From Eledone cirrhosa (lineage: Eukaryota), in the NCBI GenBank assembly GCA_964016885.1, contig OZ024747.1:45260001-45324000 (forward strand): a stretch of DNA of 64,000 nt. Reading direction: 5' to 3'. The notes under the pieces were generated by a model. That model saw only the letters and a list, made by a program, of their open reading frames with translations. It was not told the DNA's origin and searched no databases. Each line of letters begins with the position of its first letter. The first letter of the stretch is position 1. Positions 13,780 through 25,687 of this stretch are shown here, piece by piece. A program made the translations under genes and the position numbers.

Positions 13780-14420
13780 GGTAGTCCTTAGAAAAATTAG
13801 GTGTCGAAGAATAGCTTGTGTTAACAGAGGGCAAGACATGTAAAAAGGAGCTATCAGTAAAATGAGAGACGGTAATGAGTTTTGTGAGGAATTCAATGTG
13901 TAGGTAGGTGTTGATCAAAGTTCAATCCTCTGCCACAAACCTGTTTATTATAATTCTCCAGACCTTAACAAAGGAGTCTAAGACAAGCTGTCCTTGGGAA
14001 ATTCTATATGCTGATTGCCTGCTTCTGATAATTGAATTAGTGGAAGAGCTAGAGAAACAAATTGCAACTATGGAAACAGAAAAGAAACCATGAGAAAAAC
14101 TAAAGTCTTAATGAGTAGGAACTAAACGAAAAGGTAGACTTTAAACATAACAGATGCACAGGGATAGTTCGTAGTCAGAGCATCAGTGAATTAAACTTTT
14201 TCCAATTCCAGAAAGGATCCATAGAATTAGTTGTTAGCTTGTGTTACTTAGGTGATATAATTAGCAGTGCATGTAGTAGCTCTAAGAGAATAGTAACTAT
14301 AATAAGAATGGGGAGGGGGTCAGGGATCTTCTAATTCTGTTGATAACAAAAAGTTTCTCTCTATAAACAACAGGCTAGCTGTATAATGTTTGTGTGTGAT
14401 GCACGATGCTACATGGGAAT
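13780..14420 (+). pseudogene. Old degenerate RTE RT fragment
   Basis: LFIIILQTLTKESKTSCPWEILYAD...MLHG is homologous to 26780-27420. Confidence 0.7.
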
Positions 14421-14519
14421 ACTTATTTTAGGAAAATTCTGGCAACATTAAAACAAAGATTTAAATTATCAAGAGGATTGTACCATGAAATCTTTCATTT
14501 CCATTTTTGTGTTTATGAA

Positions 14520-14908
14520 TATAATTGTTTCTACTTTTGGCACAAGGCCAGCAATTACCCAGTACATTACTGGTACTTTATTTCATCAACCTCGTAAGGA
14601 TGAAAGGCAAAGTTAACCTCGACGGGATTTGAACTCAGACCGTAAAGGGACGTAACTATGCTAGAAAGCATGGCATCCAGCCATATACCGATACTGCCAA
14701 TTCACTGCCCTCTGTTTATGAATATAATTGTTTCTATTTTAGGCACAAGGCCAGCAATTACCCAGTACATTACTGGTACTTTATTTTATCGAACCCGTAA
14801 GGATGAAAGGCAAAGTTAACCTCGGCGGGATTTGAACTCAGACTGTAAAGGGACATAACTATGCTAGAAAGCATGGCGTCCAACCCTCTACCAATACTGC
14901 CAATCCGT
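14520..14908 (-). mobile_element. Two tandem SINE family A copies
   Basis: Copies at 14520-14710 and 14725-14908. The first is bracketed by TSD TGTTTATGAATATAAT. Confidence 0.88.
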
Positions 14909-14939
14909 TGGTAAGTATGTATGATATTCTATCGTTAAA

Positions 14940-15540
14940 GTTACTATCATTTAATACACCATTGTAATAAGGAGCAGTATAGTTACTCTTCATTTCTGTA
15001 AGGATAAGTAGGATTTTCACTTACTTGTTAACTAATGTGTTTAAGGCTGTTGAGGGGTAATTGGAATTTATATTAATATAGTGTAAATTCTAATTGAGTA
15101 CTATAAGGACAGCTTTTACTAGGGTCTAATTGTAAAGTTATTTCTAAAACATTAACTGTTTTGATTCATATCATTTAAATCTAACTCTGAATACACTGAC
15201 AAGTCCTTCTTAAAAGAATCCATTGTAGTCATTCATACATCCTCCAAAATGCCTATCTCTTCAGAGTGGAATCATTCTGATGTAATTGTAAAATGCCTAA
15301 TCCCATTAGTTTATAAACTTCACCTCCCCTCTCACCATGTACTTTACCATGGTTACATCAAATAATACCCAGCCACTACATTTAACTCTAAAGCATTTAT
15401 TGTCAAATAGCAAGGATTTCGTAGCATGTATAATAATATTAATGTCTGAATCACCAATTGGAATAAAACCTCTACCAAACAGAAAATCTTTCCTTAAAAG
15501 GAATTTGTTTATAGACATGTAGAATTCTGTCAGAGAAACT
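14940..15540 (-). pseudogene. Degenerate PLE RT fragment
   Basis: INIIIHATKSLLF...LFDVTM resembles the PLE RT motif II.HARKSLLF...LFDVTMGS. Many stops. Confidence 0.55.
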
Positions 15541-16401
15541 CAATATTCTATTCCAGCTTTTAGAAATTTTGAACAAAAGATCAGAATTGGTGAACTATTG
15601 AGGACACTTCCATCACTATTTATTAAGAAATGTTCAACTACCAACTGTCTAATATATTATATTTCCTACATAATAGATTTGCCATACTCTGAAAGAAAGC
15701 TATATAATAAAAAAAGAGAAAAGGAAAACATTCATCCACTCACAAATACTAACATTTTAATAAGAAGCCCTTCCTTTATTCAGGAGTATTTTTTTCTTTT
15801 TTGCAAGATATTCGGAACACATTAAAACATCACATGTTTTCGCATGTGAATATATAAAAATACCCTATATTTTGTGCATAATAATAAATCTATGATGCAT
15901 TTTCTAACCTTCTTCGACAACCAATCAAATCCTGAAATACTGCTAACTCATCATATGCCAATGCTTTTGTGAATATCTTTGCTTATTTATTTCCATATAT
16001 CATTCTTTAACTTTACTTCAATTAATGTTTGAACAATCAGTAATGCAAAACTGAGTTCAGTTACATGAAACTCCAGCTTTTAATAATGTGTGAGTGTGTC
16101 CTGTTGTTTTGGGCAAGCAATAGTAATTTAGATAATCTAGATGACTATTTCTCATCATTTTGTGTTTCCAGAGTCATCAGACAACCATGACTGTCTGGTG
16201 ACACTGTAAATACAGGTGAAATTCCTGAGTAACAAGGCACTGATTTGAATATAATAAAATTGTTAATCTTTACTATGGTATTGATTACTTTATTTTCACA
16301 ACAGTCGTCATCATTGTGACCACTGTTAAACATTCCTGAGGAAGTCTCCGCAATTCACAATTTTCCATTGCTCCTGGCAGCTGCTCCCTACTGAGCTTAA
16401 A

Positions 16402-16440
<39 letters not shown>

Positions 16441-16691
16441 GGCAAATAGACAATAGATAGTTGAGAGAAGTCTTCAGACTGCTGAATACAAGAGGAGACA
16501 GGAAAAGAAAACCAACAAGTGCACATTCTAATAATAAAACATATGCATTGCTTATAGGTCACTGCTTTATTGTAGCCTTAATACGAGTTCTCTGTGACTG
16601 TCTGTTGATGTTGCATGTAAGTGCAAGCATGTTGATGCATGTGTGAGTATGATATTTGTTGCCATACACACTTGTGGCATATGTATGTGTG

Positions 16692-16734
<43 letters not shown>

Positions 16735-16796
16735 AGAGAGAGAGAGTGAGTGAGTGAGAGGGGTTTTATAAACAAGAGCAATAGATTTCAATACAT

Positions 16797-16985
16797 AATT
16801 GTTTCTACTTTTGGCAGAAGGCCAGCAATTACCCAGTACATTACTGGTACTTTATTTTATCGACCCCGTAAGGATGAAAGGCAAAAGTTAACCTCAGCGG
16901 GATTTGAACTCAGACCATAAAGGGACGTAACTATGCTGGAAAGCATGGCGTCAGACTCTCTACTGATACTGCCAATCCACCGCCC
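16797..16985 (-). mobile_element. SINE family A
   Basis: Full length, with TSD TAGATTTCAATACATAAT. Confidence 0.9.
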
Positions 16986-17094
16986 TAGATTTCAATACAT
17001 AATGCAAACTATATATATTATTTATTAGCTGTAAAACAACATAATTTAATTATGTATGTATGTGTGTGTGTAATATATATATACACACACACAA

Positions 17095-17131
<37 letters not shown>

Positions 17132-17351
17132 AATATATATGTATATGTATATTTATTTATATATATATATACACACTCACACACAAATATATATGTATAT
17201 GTATATTTATTTATATATATATACACACAAATATATATGTATATGTATATTTATTTATATATATACACACACACACACACACAAATATATATGTATATGT
17301 ATATTTATTTATATATATACACACACACACACAAATATATATGTATATGTA

Positions 17352-17395
<44 letters not shown>

Positions 17396-17571
17396 AATAT
17401 ATTTGTATATGTATATTTATTTATATATATATATACACACACACACACAAATATATATGTATATGTATACCTATTTATATATATATATATACACACAAAT
17501 ATATATGTATATGTATATTTATTTATATATATATATATACACACAAATATATATGTATATGTATATTTATT

Positions 17572-17603
<32 letters not shown>

Positions 17604-17615
17604 AATATATATGTA

Positions 17616-17661
<46 letters not shown>

Positions 17662-17691
17662 AATATATATGTATATGTATATTTATTTATA

Positions 17692-17727
<36 letters not shown>

Positions 17728-17730
<3 letters not shown>

Positions 17731-19031
17731 GGTGCGAACGATATTTGTTCGCAAGATTACTGTCTAGGAAAAAATAACACAGTAGTTTTATTTTTTAAGA
17801 TTTATTTATCAAACTTGGGTCAGTTTGTCTTCATGACTTGTTCTTTCGATCTCACTTGATAAACCCGCCATTGGCTTTGATGATGGCCTCAAGGCGGCTT
17901 TGGAACCGGCTACAGGCCTTCATCACTGTCCCTCGACTTAGGCCCCTAAAGGCACTTGTGATCCTGACCTTCAAATCGTCTTTCGTATTGCAGCTAGATC
18001 TGTTGGTGTCTCGCTCCACTGCACCCCACACAAAGAAGTCGAGGGGGTTGCAGTCAGGCGAGCTGGGAGGCCAGATGTCAGCTGAAGTGTGGTCGACGAA
18101 GTTCATTGACAGCCAGGCTTGGGTCTTTCGGCTGGTATGGCAGTGCGCTGAGTCTTGCTGCCACACGTATGGCCTACCTGCAGCTACCTGGTTGATCCAG
18201 GGCTTCACTACCTCACTCAGAACGCGGAGGTAGCCATCGGTGTTCTGCTTGAGGCCCTCATGGAAGAAGTGAGGTGGCATGACGTCACCTTGACTGCTGA
18301 CGACACCTAAGACCAATGTTGTCACTGGAAACTTTGTCTGCATGACTCTGGGCACATCTTTGGATGAGACAGTGAGCCACCTGTTGTTCTGGGAGTTGAT
18401 CTTCTGGTCTTGGCAGAAATTTTTCTCGTTGGAGAAAAACCACAGCATTTCTGTCTTCAGTGGGTGTTTCAACTTGTTGATCAGCTTCTTTGCGTGCTTC
18501 AGTCACTTTTCTTGCATCGCCTTTGACAGAAATTGTCCTTTCCTCATCTTGTATGAAACGGAGCGAATGTCTTCATGTACCACCAGCCTAATGAGCTTTT
18601 CATCCTCGCCTTTCTCCCTTGCAATGGCACGCATCGACTTGCTAGGTTCATTGTTGATGATATCCTGAACTTCAGCGACAACTCAGGTGTTCTGAAGGCA
18701 TCAGATCGTCGATCATGTGTTTTCCTCTCTGATGTTGCTTCGTAGTTGAATCCTGAATCTTCCAATTCCTTTCTGACCTTTTCCACCATTCTCCTGCTGA
18801 CGCTGAGAAAGTTTGAAATTTCCTTATTTGTCCTCCCAAGCGCGGATTCCAAGAACTCCGTGTCTCTTCCACAAATTTGGAGGTTCAAAATTATTCATAA
18901 TCATTTATTCTGAAAATACATAATGGAAATATAGTCACAGTTTTTATGAAGACAAGAGTGACAACGGAAGTAAAAAAAATTTGCATAAAATTAGCAATTG
19001 AACATTGCGAACAAATATCGTCCGCACTCTG
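17728..19031 (-). mobile_element. Tc1/mariner transposon, DD37D (maT) type, defective
   Basis: TIRs CA(C/G)(G/A)GTGCG(A/G)ACGATATTTGTTCGCAA with TA flanks. QQD...(37 aa)...NPLD and WPPSSPD motifs. First catalytic D reads N (FSNE), and the N-terminus is frameshifted. Confidence 0.92.
17852..18472 (-). pseudogene. Transposase catalytic domain (DD37D)
   Basis: ORF 17852..18472. Upstream pieces of the N-terminal region lie in 18544..18888. Confidence 0.9.
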
Positions 19032-19061
19032 TATACACACACAGAAATCTATATGTATATT

Positions 19062-19097
<36 letters not shown>

Positions 19098-19115
19098 AAT
19101 ATATATGTATATGTA

Positions 19116-19179
<64 letters not shown>

Positions 19180-19196
19180 AATATATATGTATATGT

Positions 19197-19251
<55 letters not shown>

Positions 19252-19258
<7 letters not shown>

Positions 19259-19475
19259 TAAAATAACAGAATAAAGTTTAAGCAAAGAATCGCTGCTTTC
19301 ACCCTTAATGGGATCTTCTGAAACTCAGAAGATCCCGTTAAGGATGAAAGCAGCGATTCTTTGCTTAAACTTTAATCTGTTATTTTAATAAATAGTTGCT
19401 CTACGGTTCTTATATATTTGATATATATTTATCCTTATCAAGCCCTCTTTGGATTTTAGTCAAATTTATTATTAT

Positions 19476-19480
<5 letters not shown>
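19252..19480. mobile_element. PLE-end-like fold-back palindrome (69 bp arms) with hammerhead-like core
   Basis: Arms 19252-19320 and 19326-19394. Right arm reads CAGAAGA-TCC-cgttaa-GGA-T-GAAAG. Solo ends of this family at ~31540-31583 and ~63965-64000. Confidence 0.6.
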
Positions 19481-19528
<48 letters not shown>

Positions 19529-19564
19529 AATATATAAGTATATGTATATTTATATATATATATA

Positions 19565-20175
19565 TCATCATCATCATCATCATCATCAACGTTTAACGTC
19601 CGTGTTCCACGCTTGCATGGGTTTGGACGGGGGTAGTCCCACTTGAGGCAAGAGTGATTGTCTTGCTCGCATAGGACTGTCTGGCAGGTTTTCTACAGTT
19701 GGATGCCCTTCCTAACACCAACCACATTTACAGTGTGGGTCTGGGAGGTTTTTACCGTGTTGCCTACACGGCCACATTACAGCGTGGACTGTGTGTTTTT
19801 TTGTCGTGACACCTACACGATCTCATTTGTTTCGGCCCGGATGGCGCGGCACCAACATAACTTTACATAGGACGGGGTGGTGTGGATGGGGTGGGGGTGG
19901 TGGTGGTGGGACGGGGTGTATTTTGTTAGAGATGCCTACTGGCAAGGCGGGTCTTCTCTGTTACTGAGTACCGCCAAAGGTCTCGGTCCAGTGACATTGT
20001 CTTGGAGAGGTGTAAGTGTGTGAGGTCGGAGTTTATCAGCTCGTCCCAGGTTTTTCTAGGTCTGCCTATTCCGTGGCTACCGTCTATCTTTATTGCCCTG
20101 CACTTTGTTATAGAGCTATCGACTTTCATGCGCATCACGTGTCCATACCAACGTAGCCACGTGATGCGCATGAAA
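19565..20175 (-). mobile_element. 5'-truncated RTE LINE (subfamily B)
   Basis: [10 protein letters not shown]...GRPRKTWDE matches 39686-39900, with a (CAT)n tail. Confidence 0.9.
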
Positions 20176-20201
20176 CACACACAAATATATATGTATATGT
20201 A

Positions 20202-20243
<42 letters not shown>

Positions 20244-20275
20244 AACACACACAAATATATATGTATATGTATATT

Positions 20276-20311
<36 letters not shown>

Positions 20312-20744
20312 TATATATATAATATGTATAGTTATTGTTTTTGTCACCTTTGTCATTGTTATTGCTGCTATCCAGTGGTTTATTTTTCTATCCACTGAAC
20401 AGATGATGCCTAACAGCTTGTGGATGTGTTTTTATTACTGTCTTACTCATTGCCATGTTATGTACAGTTAGTTTCATTCTGTCCACACCTTTGCGTGCAT
20501 GTTCTCCAGTTTGTTTATTTATATACATATGCACACTTATTCACAGGTGCACACACACGCAGATACGTACAAACATAATTATTATCAGTTTTATGTTGAC
20601 TTTATGCCAGCAGGGTTAGATGAAACTCTTGGAGGCAGTGTTTTATAACCAGATAGCCTTCCTGACACCAACAATTTTAGTCACTTCTTACAACACAGAG
20701 ATATGGTGTGCCTATTTCAACACTTCCCTCCCCACACACATATC

Positions 20745-21470
20745 ATCATCATCATTATCATTATCATCATCATCACCGTTTTACGTCCATTCTTTCACGC
20801 TAGCAGGGGTTAGACGGGTTGTACTGTTGTGGGCTGTGTCCGGTCGGCTGACCATGTCTTGCTCATAGAGGAACAGATTCTGGCTTGATTTCTACAGCTG
20901 GATGCCCTTCCTGACATCAACCTCATTTACAGTGAGTGCTGGGTGCTTTTTTTCTGTGGCACCTACATGTTCACTTTACAGTGTGGGCTGGGTGCTTTTT
21001 TTACCATGACACCTCCACGACCACTTTGCAGTGGGAGGGTGTAGTAGCATATTGTCTATATGCTTCAGTTTCGGCTTGTACTCGTGGGGGGGGGGTCTTC
21101 TGTATTACTGCGTGACGCCAGAGGTCACGGTCGTGTGTCATTGCCTTGAAAGTTGTAATTGGGTAAGGTCGGCTTTTATCACCTCATCCCAGGTCTTCTT
21201 GTATCTCCCCACTCCACAGTTTCCATACATATATATATATATAGGAATGAAAAATGGCGTGCTGCGTTGTTACGAATGTGATACATATGAATTAAAAAAT
21301 AGAGCAAAAATCCAGGCCACTCCGCGGTTTCCATCGACTTCTAGTGCTCTGCACCTTTTTATGCAGCTGTCATCCTTCATACGCATCACATGTCCATACC
21401 AACGCAACCGCCTCTCCTGCACACAGCATTTGATTCCTCTTCGGCTCAGTCCCTCTCTCAATTCATTTAT
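20745..21470 (-). mobile_element. RTE LINE 3' fragment (subfamily A), interrupted by (TA)n plus an 80 bp piece
   Basis: Matches 27520-28070 in reverse. Insert at 21227-21317. Confidence 0.85.
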
Positions 21471-21535
21471 GTGTGTGTGTATATGTACACGCCATAATGG
21501 CGTAGATATACAACACAACAGGAGGGAAATATAAC

Positions 21536-21576
21536 ACCACTGACGATGTTGCAGATGTGCAACGAAAGATTTATGA
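21536..21576 (+). ncRNA. Minimal type I hammerhead motif in a solo PLE end (~21495-21822)
   Basis: CA-CTGACGA-T-GTTGCA-gatg-TGCAAC-GAAAG-at-TTA-TG. Same motif downstream of the PLE ORF at 54716-54756. Stems I and III are weak. Confidence 0.65.
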
Positions 21577-21885
21577 TAAATTATATATATGTGTTTGTGT
21601 CTATATTGTATCTGTATTATTTTTGACCGTCGGTCAGTCAATGGCAACATTGAGGACCGAGTAAGTTAGATTACCGATATAAAAGACAGCGAGAAGCGAA
21701 AACCAACCAAAAAGTGAGTGTGTTCTGTTATTAATTCTGGCAATATTACGCAAATATGACCCTCCCCAAGTATAACAATATTTGTTTCGACACACGATTT
21801 CATATAAAAAACCTCCCAAAACTATATATATATATATATGTACATATATATATATGTATGAACATATATATATATATGTACACAC

Positions 21886-21916
<31 letters not shown>

Positions 21917-22270
21917 CATATATATATATATATATATATAAATATATATATATATAAATATATATATATGTACATATATATATATGTACATATATATATA
22001 TGTCCATATATATATATGTACATATATATATATATGTACATATATATATATGTCCATATATATATATGTACATATATAAATATATATATATGTCCATAAA
22101 AATATATATATATAAATATATATACATATATATATATATAGTATATAAGGGAGAGGATTAGGAGTGTGTAACACTCCACTTATCCAATAGGCAGTATAAG
22201 GTTAGCTCGATGTCTGAGGACAGAGCCGTAATATAATTAACAACAAAGAACGCTTAGAACATAGGTATAT

Positions 22271-22329
22271 CTTTAATTGCTAACAGTGTTTCGTCCACAC
22301 TATAAGTGGGACTCATCAGAGCATAAAGA
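22271..22329 (-). ncRNA. Type I hammerhead ribozyme motif
   Basis: Identical to 24700-24760 on the opposite strand. Confidence 0.82.
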
Positions 22330-23137
22330 GTGAGTACATATTACACAAGCATTAACAAAGCCAAGACAGAAGAATATATATGGGGATGCCATAAGTTGGG
22401 AGGAATTTAAAGAGTAGAGTGAATAGAGTGAGATAGTGTAGAAAATAAAATTGTAGGATAAAGAATAGTAAAAAGTAAAAAATAAACATTGAAGAAATAA
22501 AAAATAAACATTGAAAAATAAGCATTGAAAAATAAGCATTGAAAAATAAGCATTGAAAAATAAGAGGTGCTATCACTCGCAGTTGGGCAGGGTGCTGTTA
22601 ACATACAGTTACATACAAGCATACGCATAAGCATGAGTACCCGCACATGCACGTGTTACCCTCCTATTCTGTGGTTTATGATCTACAGGCTGACTTCGGG
22701 GAGCTCTTGCCCGGTTTTGTAGTCTTTCTAGCACAATCGGCCTTCCATATATTGACGGTCGTTGTTATTATCCCAAAAATAACGTTTTGGCCCCGATAGC
22801 CCTCCGTAGTTATTAACGGTCTGTTTACACTTGAATCGGGTGACTACACGTGTGGACATGCATCTCTTCGTAAGAATTTACTTTGATTAATTTTGCTGCA
22901 TCTCCTCGTAAGAATTTATTTTGATTAATTTTGCTGGGAAAAAAAAAATATATATTATCTGTGACCAGTGTGAGCGACTGTTGTAGGTTCTGCCTTTTGT
23001 TAGCCTGATAAGATATTTCTGTGTAATATATCCGCTTTGACCCGGGTGTCCTACGCTGTGTGTGTGTGCGTGTATGTCTGTATATACATTTATATGTGTA
23101 TGAGTGTGGGTGGTTATATATGTCTATATATAAATAT

Positions 23138-23330
23138 ATATAGGAACCAGTAAGACCCCGACAGCTGAGCTCAAGCCGTTTCGACGGCTAATTCAATTAG
23201 CCGTCGAAACGGCTTGAGCTCAGCTGTCGGGGTCTTACTGGTTCCTATTACCCACTCTACTACCTCAAGTATTGAGTACTTTGGTGCGTTATGGTCCACC
23301 TGGTTCCTTACCACATTTCCTTCGTTATAA
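23138..23330. mobile_element. Fold-back palindrome, second copy of the 6379-6570 family, nested in the 22140-24795 element
   Basis: GTTTCGACGGCTAATT-c-AATTAGCCGTCGAAAC, opposite orientation, (TA) flanks. Confidence 0.75.
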
Positions 23331-24699
23331 ATATATATATATATATACCGTCTCTGCATATGCATGTGGTGTGTGTATATGTATATACGTACTAACCATA
23401 TTGTTGTGTATATTCTTGGGATGCCTCAATGTTGTGATTTCATGGATATTGGCTTTTGAAGCTATTTTTTATATGCGCTGTTGAGTCTCATATATTAAAT
23501 GGTATGCATATTAACCCGCCTAACCCAACTGTATTTGCTTGCTTTCGGCTAGCCCACCTGCACTTGCTTGCTTTCGGCCCACTTATCTGCCTCTTGATGT
23601 TCATGTTGATGTAAACGAATTTGCTTGCTACCTTGTGACGTTGTGACACTCAGTTATCTGCCCATGGATGTTCCTGCTGCTGCATGTGAATTTACCTACC
23701 TTCCTTGCATATGTCCTTGCTAGTGATGTGGATATACTTCTGTTGACCAATAGATTCCTGCCAGAGTGTGAACCTTTTGTGATTGCCCCACCGCTCAACT
23801 ATATGAATGCACACCCGTGACTTTAGAGTGTGAACTTCTGTGACTGCCCAACCTGGGATGTCTCCATTGCATTGCAATGGTCAACTCAATCGAGTGTGGA
23901 CATAGCACCTGTTAATTATAAATCTCATTTGAGCATTTGATTGTTGTGATATGGCTAACTGTAACACTTAAGGCGTTCGTGTGCCCCTGATATATTCAAA
24001 AAATATATATCTTATCTCACTTTACTTTATTTTATTTTATTTCATTGTATTTTATTTTATATAATTTTATTTTATTTTATTCTTTACCCTTTATCTTTAT
24101 TATCTGTATATTTTATATATATTTTTTATATATATTATTTGTCTATTTTTTTATCTATTTTTTATCTATTTTTATCTACTCTTATCTATCTTATCTATTT
24201 TTGTCTATTGCTTATCTATTCTCTATCTCTTATCCATGGTTAATCTATTTTTTGTCTATGGTTAATCTATTTTTATCCTTTGTTTATCTTACTTTTACCC
24301 ATTGTATATCTACCATTTATCTCTTAGCTTTTGCATACTCGTCCATGATATGTTATTTGTATTAGTCTATACTATATGTGTTGCATATGGCTGCCTGTTG
24401 TGTGGTTGCATGCGGGTACTCATGCTTATGCGTATGCTTGTATGTAACTGTATGTTAACAGCACCCTGCCCAACTGCGAGTGATAGCACCTCTTATTTTT
24501 CAATGCTTATTTTTCAATGTTTATTTTTTATTTCTTCAATGTTTATTTTTTACTTTTTACTATTCTTTATCCTACAATTTTATTTTCTACACTATCTCAC
24601 TCTATTCTCTCTACTCTTTAAACTCCTCCCAACTTATGGCATCCCCATATATATTCTTCTGTCTTGGCCTTTGTTAATGCTTGTGTAATATGTACTCAC

Positions 24700-24760
24700 T
24701 CTTTATGCTCTGATGAGTCCCACTTATAGTGTGGACGAAACACTGTTAGCAATTAAAGAT
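24700..24760 (+). ncRNA. Type I hammerhead ribozyme motif
   Basis: TCTTTA-TGCT-CTGATGA-GTCC-cacttatagtgt-GGAC-GAAAC-act-GTT-AGCA-at-TAAAGA. Canonical core, stems I and II intact, 2-bp stem III, GUU triplet. Confidence 0.85.
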
Positions 24761-24889
24761 ATACCTATGTTCTAAGCGTTCTTTGTTGTTAATTATATAT
24801 ATATATATGTACATATATATGTACATATATATATAAATATATATATATGTACATATATATATATGTATATATATATATATATGTATATG

Positions 24890-25170
24890 TACTTTTGGAA
24901 CTACAACTGGAACTGTCGAGCAAAGTCGACGTGAGCTGTCCATCTACTGTGTGTAATATTTATATTACAACACTACGGAAAATACTGTATATATATATGT
25001 ACATATATATATATATATATATATAAATATATATATATGTATATATCTATATATATAAATATATATATATGTACTTTTGGAACTACAACTGGAACTGTCG
25101 AGCAAACTCGACGTGAGCTGTCCATCTACTGTGTGTAATATTTATATTACAACACTACGGAAAATACTGT
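24890..25170. repeat. ~100 bp unique segment duplicated across a (TA)n spacer
   Basis: 24890-24988 and 25072-25170 differ at 1 base. Confidence 0.9.
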
Positions 25171-25177
25171 ATATATA

Positions 25178-25215
<38 letters not shown>

Positions 25216-25655
25216 TATATATATGTATATATCTATATATATAAATATATATATATGTACATATATATATATAAATATATATATGTACTTATATATATAT
25301 AATTATATATATGTACATATATATATATATAAATATATATATGTACATATATATATATATATTTATATATATGTACATATATATATATAAATATATATAT
25401 GTACATATATATATATATATAAATATATATATGTACATATATATATATAAATATATATATGTACATATATATATATAAATATATATATGTACATATATAT
25501 ATATAAATATATATATGTACATATATACATATATACATATATATAAATATATATATATATAAATATATATATAAATATAAATATATATACATATATATAT
25601 ATATGTATACATATATATATATATATACATATATATAACTATATATATGTACATA

Positions 25656-25687
<32 letters not shown>

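Larger units (their letters stand above)
17085..20320. repeat. Compound minisatellite (TA)n(CA)n-AATATATATGTATATGTATATTTA, interrupted by three insertions
   Basis: The same ~45 bp unit is present before 17728, after 19031, around 19520 and after 20175. Confidence 0.9.
22140..24795 (+). mobile_element. ORF-less PLE-type element with inverted pseudo-LTRs, each carrying a hammerhead
   Basis: 22231-22651 is the reverse complement of ~24408-24795. (TA)n on both sides. No RT or GIY-YIG similarity seen in the body. Confidence 0.7.
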
